Assembly (NCBI GenBank): GCA_965279035.1
Contig: OZ257142.1
Location: 3,808,001 to 3,872,000, forward strand
Source of the DNA: Bacteroidia bacterium
GTDB taxonomy: Bacteria; Bacteroidota; Bacteroidia; M30B66
Reading direction: 5' to 3'
DNA length: 64,000 bases
Numbering within the stretch: position 1 is the first letter of the stretch; each line of letters starts with the position of its first letter. A program made the position numbers and the translations under genes. The notes under the pieces are model-generated. The model was not told where the DNA came from and ran no database searches. It saw nothing but the letters and a program-made list of their open reading frames with translations. Below, in pieces: positions 57,587-64,000 of the stretch.

Positions 57587-59488
57587 TCAATACGCCCGTT
57601 CGTTTACCTTGTTAAAGAAGTTGATAAATGCCCGATTCACCACTTTGTTTCCGCCAGGTGTGGGGTAATTTCCACTAAAATACCAATCGCCGGAATGACC
57701 GGGACAGGCTTTATGTAAATCATCAAGGTTTTGATAAATCACCTCCACTTCTGCATGCATATCCGATGGTGTAACTAACTCAGCAATTTTATCGGAAATT
57801 TCTTGCTCCGAAAAAGGGTCGTAAATACGTTTCACCACATTTTTCATTTCCTCTTTCGCAAAAGCATCTTGAGCAACACATTGCTCGTACACTTCTTCGA
57901 CAATGTATTCGCTTCCTCGTTCTTTATGCAAGGCAATAGCTGCCTGAAACGCAATAAAATCGCCTAGTTTGGCCATGTCAATGCCGTAACAATCGGGAAA
58001 ACGAATTTGCGGAGCCGAAGAAACGATAATCACCTTTTTGGGTTTCAGTCGATCCATGATGCGTAAAATACTCTGCTTAAGTGTCGTTCCACGAACAATC
58101 GAATCGTCCATGATGACTAAGGTATCTTTCCCTTCACGCACAACACCATACGTAACATCGTAAACGTGAGCAACCATTTCGTCGCGGTGCAAATCGTCGG
58201 CAATAAACGTACGTAGCTTGGCATCTTTTACAGCCAGTTTTTCGGTGCGAATTTTCATTGCTAAAATCTCACGCAAGCGCTCATCCGAAAGCTCTCCATT
58301 CAATGCCAAAATGCGTTTCCGTTTCTCGGCATTTAACCATTCGTTCGCTCCTTCCACCATACCAAAAAAGGCGGTTTCAGCAGTATTGGGAATGAATGAG
58401 AAAACGGTATTGTTGATATCATACTGCAACGATTCCAACACCTTTTTACTGATGTTATGACCTAAAGCTTTGCGTTCTTGATAAATATCGGCATCGCTCC
58501 CGCGTGAAAAATAAATACGCTCAAACGAACAGGAAGTACGTGGCTTTGGACTCCGAATTTCGGGCATGCTCACTTCACCGTTTCGCTTGATGATTAAGGC
58601 ATGTCCAGGAGTTAATTCCTGCACTTCTTCCATGGGAATATTAAAGGCAGTTTGCAAAACAGGACGTTCCGAAGTAACAACCACAATCTCCTCGTTTTGA
58701 ATATAAAAACACGGACGAATTCCGTTCGGATCGCGCAAAACAAAGGCATCACCATGTCCCATCATTCCGGCAATCACATAGCCTCCATCAAATCGTTTCG
58801 AAGCCTGACGTAATATTTCTGCAACATCTAAATCGCGTGCTATGAGATGAGAAATCTCCTGATTGCTATGTCCCTGACGCTTAAACTCACGAAACAATCG
58901 CTCATTTTCCATATCGGTAAAATGACCAATCTTCTCCAACACGGTCACCGTATCGGCCATCTCTTTCGGGTGTTGTCCCAAATCGAGCAATTGCTGAAAC
59001 TGCTCGTCCACATTGGTCAAATTGAAATTCCCAGCTACCACCAAATTGCGGCTTTTCCAATTATTCTGACGTAAAAACGGGTGACAACTTTCAATGCTAT
59101 TTTTCCCAAACGTTCCATAGCGTAAATGTCCCATCAAGAGTTCGCCAATAAAAGGAACTTGCTCTTTGAGGTAATCGGTATCATTGAGTTTGCTAGGTTC
59201 GTTCAAGCGAATCTCTTCAAAATAGGAATTCACCTTTTCTACAATCTCTCGCAAAGCTTGAGGAGCATTGGAACGAAAACGACCAATATAGCGCTCACCC
59301 GGATCAACATCGAATTTGATGCAGGCAATCCCAGCACCGTCCTGACCGCGATTGTGCTGCTTTTCCATAAGCAAATGCAGCTTATTCAACGCGTATCGGG
59401 CAGAACCATATTTCTTGCGATAATAGTCAAGTGGTTTGAGCAGGCGAATGAGCACAATTCCGCACTCATGTTTGATCATATCGCTCAT
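57587..59488 (-). CDS. purF: Amidophosphoribosyltransferase (long Bacteroidota type)
   Basis: Propeptide MSDMIKHE then catalytic CG; QHNRGQDGAG; GHLRYGT; PRPP loop DDSIVRGTT; CYGIDM; start at ATG 59488. Confidence 0.94.
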   Translation of the reverse strand: MSDMIKHECGIVLIRLLKPLDYYRKKYGSARYALNKLHLLMEKQHNRGQDGAGIACIKFDVDPGERYIGRFRSNAPQALREIVEKVNSYFEEIRLNEPSKLNDTDYLKEQVPFIGELLMGHLRYGTFGKNSIESCHPFLRQNNWKSRNLVVAGNFNLTNVDEQFQQLLDLGQHPKEMADTVTVLEKIGHFTDMENERLFREFKRQGHSNQEISHLIARDLDVAEILRQASKRFDGGYVIAGMMGHGDAFVLRDPNGIRPCFYIQNEEIVVVTSERPVLQTAFNIPMEEVQELTPGHALIIKRNGEVSMPEIRSPKPRTSCSFERIYFSRGSDADIYQERKALGHNISKKVLESLQYDINNTVFSFIPNTAETAFFGMVEGANEWLNAEKRKRILALNGELSDERLREILAMKIRTEKLAVKDAKLRTFIADDLHRDEMVAHVYDVTYGVVREGKDTLVIMDDSIVRGTTLKQSILRIMDRLKPKKVIIVSSAPQIRFPDCYGIDMAKLGDFIAFQAAIALHKERGSEYIVEEVYEQCVAQDAFAKEEMKNVVKRIYDPFSEQEISDKIAELVTPSDMHAEVEVIYQNLDDLHKACPGHSGDWYFSGNYPTPGGNKVVNRAFINFFNKVNERAY

Positions 59489-59524
59489 AGAATTTTCCGG
59501 CAGGGATGGCTTCTTCCGGCGGCG

Positions 59525-59532
59525 CAAAGATA
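59525..59532 (-). promoter_or_regulatory. -7 box (TATCTTTG) for purF
   Basis: TAnnTTTG 37 nt upstream of ATG 59488. Confidence 0.7.
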
Positions 59533-59594
59533 GACAGTATAACCCAAATCAGGAAAGGAAACTGCAGTCAAAATCTGAAAAATAATTGTTTCTG

Positions 59595-59771
59595 GGGCGT
59601 GTCCTTTCTCAAACTCCGCTGCGCTTCGTTTGCTCAAGGTCGCGCTTTCTGTTTCAAGTCCTCCTTCGCTTCCTTTATCATTTACAACATCTTCAAAAAA
59701 CTAAGCTCTATTTCACCTTTCCTATTTCGTTCAAAAGCTCAGTCCGGGCTTTCCACGCCAATCGCTCACGC
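59595..59771 (-). ncRNA. Flavo-1-like structured RNA element, copy D (expanded variable arms)
   Basis: Reverse complement: GCGTG-AGCGATTGGCGTGGAAAGCCC...GAGGACTTGAAACAGAAAGCGCGACC...GGA-CACGCCC. Confidence 0.65.
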
Positions 59772-59971
59772 ATGTTCTATCAAGCATACTCTTCAATAAA
59801 TCTTTACAATTACCCTTTTAACATTTCTACTTCAAAAAAACTTGATAGCATTCACATTCCCAAAACTCAATCACCCAAACGTTTCAATTATTCTGTAAAA
59901 TAGTTTCATACATTCTCTAAATATTTTCTATTTTTAAAAATCATTCCTTCTCACAATTTGTCAAGCCCTCT

Positions 59972-62215
59972 ATGGGAAAAGGCTACAATTCTGCATCTGC
60001 AAAATCACTATTTCTGCTGTTTTGGGCATGTTTTCTCTTGCTCAGTAAAACCAGTGTAGCCCAAAATGACACACCCTGTTCCGCATCACCCATCACGGTG
60101 AGTAACGGAACCTGCAATTTCAGTCCAGCAACAACAGTAGGTGCTTCCTTCCAATCCGATGGTGCCAATGGAGGATTTCCTAGTTGCGGCTTTCCCGGTT
60201 CGCCCGATGTTTGGTTTTCGTTTGTTGTTCCTGCTTCTGGTGCTGTTGCTATCACGCTCGATCCAGGTACCATCACCGATGCCGCTTTAGCAGTTTATTC
60301 CGGTTCGTGTGCCAACCCACAACTCATTGCCTGCGACGATGATTCTGGCCTTGACTTTATGCCCGCCATCGATCGCTCCGACTTCACTCCCGGACAAACC
60401 CTGTTCATCCGCGTGTGGAATAATAATTCAAGCACCGGAACATTTGGTGTGTGCGTTACCGAATCGCATTCCGATTGCGGCACAGCCACCTTACTTTGCA
60501 ATAACCTCGTTGTTACTTCCAATGCGTATGGTGGTGGTTCCGAGCAAGATGGTGATTGGTCGGGCATCAACTGCATTCCCGATGAATATCAATCGCAGTG
60601 GTTCAAATTTCAAGTCATAAATCCCGGAACATTTAGTTTCACATTAACGCCCGATGCCATTGCTCCCGGCATGTTTCCCGATTACGATTGGACGCTTTGG
60701 CGCGTAACAACAAGTCCGTTTTGTGAGAGTTTCCTGCCATCACAACAAGCTATTGCATGTAACGCTTCTAGTTCCATGGGCCCCAATGGCGAAACGGGAA
60801 TTGGACCAACAGGCCTTAATCCCAGCGAACCAGCTGGTCCGGGAAATCCTTACAGCGCTAGTTTTGCAGTTGCGGCGGGTGATGTATTTTATCTATGGGT
60901 AAATAATTTCACCAATTCTTCTTCTGGTTTTCATTTCGAATTTGGCTCCGAAGTCGTGTTGAATTGCGATTTTGATGATGAAGATCCTACCATCGTTACC
61001 ACTAGCACTAAGACCTGTCCGGGAACATGCGCTGGTTCGGCTAGTACTGTAGCTTCGAACATGACAGCACCATTAACCTATGCGTGGAGTGCCAATGCCG
61101 GTGGACAAAATACCGCCAACATTCATAACCTCTGCGCAGGAATTTACATGGTGACAGTTACGGCATCCGATGGCGAAATTATCCACGACACCGTTGAAGT
61201 ACAAGCCTATCCTTCCATTACACTTCAAACAAGTAAAATCAACAATACCAGTTGCGAAACACCCAATGGACAAGCGGTAGTTAGTGCATCTGGAGGAGCT
61301 GGAAGTTTTAGTTATGCCTGGAATTCGAGTACTTCAACCAATGATACCTTATCTGGAATTAATGCAGGAACCTATACCGTTACGGTAAGCGATGGAAATA
61401 ATTGCTCAAACGATACAAGTATTGTGGTAAGCAATCAAATGGTTTATCCTATAATCAGCTCCATCGAACGCAGCGATTCTGTTGCGTGTTCCTCAATGTG
61501 TACTAGTTTTTCGGCTCAGGTGGTCAATGGAACTTTATATCAATGGGATTTTGGGGATGGACAAACCAGCACGGTTGGATTTCCCAATCACTGTTATACT
61601 GCTCCGGGCGATTATGCTGTTCGTTTAATTGTTAGCAATGCGGGTGGCTGTAAAGACACGATTAAGCGCGAGCATTTCATTCACATCAATCCCAAACCGA
61701 CTGCTCATTTTTACGCCAATACGAGCAATGATTTGCATGTCGTTTTTACTGATCATTCTATCGGTTCAATTCAACATTGGCTCTGGCAATTGGGCGATAG
61801 CAGCCTAAGTAGTTCGGATGAAAAAAATCCCGAATTCGATTATCCAGATTTTGGTAAATACTGCGTTCAATTGCAGGTTTGGGACGAGAACAATTGCAGC
61901 GACATAGAACTCCAATACATCGAATTTAAGCCTGAACTAACTGTGTATATTCCCAATGCATTTTCGCCCAATGACGATGGATTAAACGATGTATTTCGAA
62001 TTCAAGGAGAGCCATTTAAGGTGTTAAAATTTTGGGTGTATAATCGTTGGGGCGAAGAATTATTTTTCACGAGCGATCCTTCATCCGGCTGGGATGGCAG
62101 AAGAATGCGCGATGGAAATTGCTCACCACAAGACACCTATATTTACAAAACCGAAATCCTCGGCGAGCATGGCGAAATTCAAGAAATGACTGGGTCGTTT
62201 CTTTTAATACATTAA
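59972..62215 (+). CDS. T9SS type B (CHU_C) surface protein with SprB-like repeats and PKD domains
   Basis: ND.PC.A and DVWF.F N-terminal domain; SGG...YSYAW..AGTYTVTVSD; YQWDFGDG; IPNAFSPNDDGLND.F...YNRWGE. Confidence 0.92.
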   Translation: MGKGYNSASAKSLFLLFWACFLLLSKTSVAQNDTPCSASPITVSNGTCNFSPATTVGASFQSDGANGGFPSCGFPGSPDVWFSFVVPASGAVAITLDPGTITDAALAVYSGSCANPQLIACDDDSGLDFMPAIDRSDFTPGQTLFIRVWNNNSSTGTFGVCVTESHSDCGTATLLCNNLVVTSNAYGGGSEQDGDWSGINCIPDEYQSQWFKFQVINPGTFSFTLTPDAIAPGMFPDYDWTLWRVTTSPFCESFLPSQQAIACNASSSMGPNGETGIGPTGLNPSEPAGPGNPYSASFAVAAGDVFYLWVNNFTNSSSGFHFEFGSEVVLNCDFDDEDPTIVTTSTKTCPGTCAGSASTVASNMTAPLTYAWSANAGGQNTANIHNLCAGIYMVTVTASDGEIIHDTVEVQAYPSITLQTSKINNTSCETPNGQAVVSASGGAGSFSYAWNSSTSTNDTLSGINAGTYTVTVSDGNNCSNDTSIVVSNQMVYPIISSIERSDSVACSSMCTSFSAQVVNGTLYQWDFGDGQTSTVGFPNHCYTAPGDYAVRLIVSNAGGCKDTIKREHFIHINPKPTAHFYANTSNDLHVVFTDHSIGSIQHWLWQLGDSSLSSSDEKNPEFDYPDFGKYCVQLQVWDENNCSDIELQYIEFKPELTVYIPNAFSPNDDGLNDVFRIQGEPFKVLKFWVYNRWGEELFFTSDPSSGWDGRRMRDGNCSPQDTYIYKTEILGEHGEIQEMTGSFLLIH

Positions 62216-62380
62216 TTCAGATTTCTATTACTATTTGTTTAGTAGAAAGGATTATTATAACCTGTTGTGCGGTTAAATATTAAAAATATTCTTCAATAAT
62301 GTTTATCGCATAAGCCAATCTTCTAAACTTGAGGAAGGCTTTTAAATAAAATTATTTTTAAGTAAAATTAGGTTTAAAAA

Positions 62381-62670
62381 CGGAGCTTGCGATGGCTATG
62401 TCTGGGCGGCGAGGGTGTGTTTCCCAGCGTTGACCTCTCCCTAAATCCCTCTCCTCGGGAGAGGGACTTTTCATTTTGCACAATCAAGCTCCCCTCTCCC
62501 CGAGGAGAGGGGTTGGGGGTGAGGTCGTTTAGTGAATACGCCTGAGCGTAAGCAGCATCGTCCAGACTTGACCTTCTTTATTCGTAAGTGTATATTTTTA
62601 AAGGTACTCATGAGGGCTTCGCCGTTGCATACTTTCTTGTGTTAAGACAAGAAAGTATGGCGTCGCAGAC
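62381..62670 (+). ncRNA. Candidate structured RNA/MITE-like element with nested REP doublet and 3' pseudoknot
   Basis: GC-rich island. Nested helices 62400-62409/62558-62567 and 62413-62422/62534-62543 with G-U wobbles; 13-bp hairpin 62628-62659 whose loop GTTAAG complements CTTGAC at 62567-62572. Confidence 0.5.
62432..62526. repeat. Single complete REP doublet of the family arrayed at 19.9-20.7 kb
   Basis: GACCTCTCCCTAAATCCCTCTCCTCGGGAGAGGGAC ... CTCCCCTCTCCCCGAGGAGAGGGGTTGGGGGTGAGGTC. Confidence 0.9.
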
Positions 62671-62850
62671 AAACATGAATGTTTAATTTGTAGAATACTG
62701 TTATATCCTTAATTCATTGACTAATTTGAAATAGAAAAACTAATGTGTCAAAATTAAAAGGGTACCTATAATTCATTTCAAATTCGAAATGAATTGCTAG
62801 TTTTCATTGGGTAAATAAAAAATTATTTAAAAAATCATTTCGAGTGAAAA

Positions 62851-63357
62851 TCACATTCGAACAAGTTTTAACCTAATGTATCCTGCAGTTTGAGTTAGTG
62901 AAGTATCAAGTTTATTAAGAAATCCATTGGCATTCTCTAGACGTATTTCTTTATACGTTAATTTCTTAATCGTTAAATCTCCGCTTGAATATATCGTATT
63001 CGTATCTCCTTTGAATTCAAAATTAACCTGATTATTGTTATCGAGAAAATTCCAAGTACCACTCGCAATCAGATCATTGTTATCTTTCGAATACACATTT
63101 AGATAATAATCGCCTTGGTCATTTTTATTATCTAAAAACAACACATAAATACTCCCAAATTTGTTTTTGATATAGGACGTCGAATCACTTTCATTGAATG
63201 TAAATTCTGTGATTTCATGCTTGCCAGCTATTCTTTTTAAAGGCGTTCGAAAGGTCAATAAAGAATCATCCTCTTCGTATTTTTTGCAACTGGAAAAGCT
63301 CATTATTATAACCGATGTTATCAGTAAAAATCCAGCGAGTATGTTTGGGAATTTCAT
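62851..63357 (-). CDS. Hypothetical lipoprotein (lipocalin-like)
   Basis: Lipobox FSSC followed by KKYEE; GTWNF; IKKLTYKE. Confidence 0.75.
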   Translation of the reverse strand: MKFPNILAGFLLITSVIIMSFSSCKKYEEDDSLLTFRTPLKRIAGKHEITEFTFNESDSTSYIKNKFGSIYVLFLDNKNDQGDYYLNVYSKDNNDLIASGTWNFLDNNNQVNFEFKGDTNTIYSSGDLTIKKLTYKEIRLENANGFLNKLDTSLTQTAGYIRLKLVRM

Positions 63358-63455
63358 TTTGATAAGTATCTCTCTTTTTGACTAATTCTTTTTTTAGAAT
63401 TTAAAGATACACTCTTTTAGAATTTTACAAATGCGGAGAACCTAGTGCATAGTTC

Positions 63456-64000
63456 TCAAATCCGAACTTGAATTCCAAGCATTGTGTTTGGAAAAAGAGG
63501 ATTGTTTAGAATAAATCCATCCATTGAATATAGGCCCAAACCAGCAAATAGCTGTATTGGTTTCATAATAGAATATTCAATTCCAATAGAAAGAGAATTC
63601 TCGAATCTCATTTTTTTACGATCAATGAAAAAAGGTGGTCCTAATTGATATTCTCTATAGTTTAACTGATACATGGAATAGGCTAACTGGCAAAAGAATT
63701 TAGTTTTTTTATATTCATAGATTGAATAGCGATAGCCGAGTAAAGCGCCAACTGCCTGTTGATTATATACGATAGTAGAAATAGGTTTCTCTTGATGAAA
63801 TACCGAATATTCAGGACCCAAAAAAACTGAATGCCTCTTCCATTTTAATGCAATAAGCGCAGCATGATGAAGGATTTGCTTATTAAAATTCAAGGAATAA
63901 CGAATTGAAATTTCAGGATGTTTGGGAATTGAATCCTGTCCATAAGCGGATTGAAACAATGAAAATGAAAGCAAAATCGCCAGTAGTAACTGAATGGTAA
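63456..64000 (-). CDS. Hypothetical outer-membrane beta-barrel-like protein; start lies beyond the window edge
   Basis: Frame stays open upstream of 63974 (TIQLLLAILLSFSLFQSAYG, a signal peptide); alternating beta strands; ends LGIQVRI. Confidence 0.7.
   Translation of the reverse strand, partial: TIQLLLAILLSFSLFQSAYGQDSIPKHPEISIRYSLNFNKQILHHAALIALKWKRHSVFLGPEYSVFHQEKPISTIVYNQQAVGALLGYRYSIYEYKKTKFFCQLAYSMYQLNYREYQLGPPFFIDRKKMRFENSLSIGIEYSIMKPIQLFAGLGLYSMDGFILNNPLFPNTMLGIQVRI

Noticed and set aside
59595-59771. Purine/PRPP/ZTP riboswitch for purF
   Set aside because: It lies upstream of the predicted purF -7 box, and the same scaffold occurs beside unrelated genes
59506-59903. Two short + strand ORFs (97 and 105 aa)
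   Set aside because: They overlap the purF promoter and RNA element D, and have no protein-like features
1505-63385. Numerous 60-140 aa ORFs antisense to or nested in long genes (e.g. 2609..2980, 13313..13660, 53313..53729)
   Set aside because: Shadow ORFs of well-supported genes with no recognisable motifs

Overview
AT-rich (roughly 35-40% GC by eye) chromosomal segment of a gliding, T9SS-positive Bacteroidota bacterium. Evidence: gldF/gldG, about nine T9SS cargo genes, and TAnnTTTG -7 promoter boxes. Core genes are rimO-bshC, ftsY, rpmG, dnaN, rfaD, purC-phoH, mscL, SCO, oxyR-ahpC-trx-ahpD, terC, gltP and purF, mixed with large secreted proteins. I see no transposase, integrase, cas gene, tRNA or rRNA. 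The most unusual content is non-coding: (i) four dispersed, divergent copies of a Flavo-1-like structured RNA element whose stems covary; (ii) a ~290-nt strand-specific structured element with a probable pseudoknot at 62.4-62.7 kb; (iii) three tandem arrays (79, 121 and 90 bp units) built from several REP-like palindrome families nested in one another. Other points: a frameshifted, apparently circularly permuted T9SS protein behind a TonB-dependent receptor preceded by 11-bp-periodic Pho-box-like repeats; a possible ~10-kb inversion with one end in a repeat cluster; and no rpmB upstream of rpmG. All family assignments are by eye and from memory; no database searches were run.
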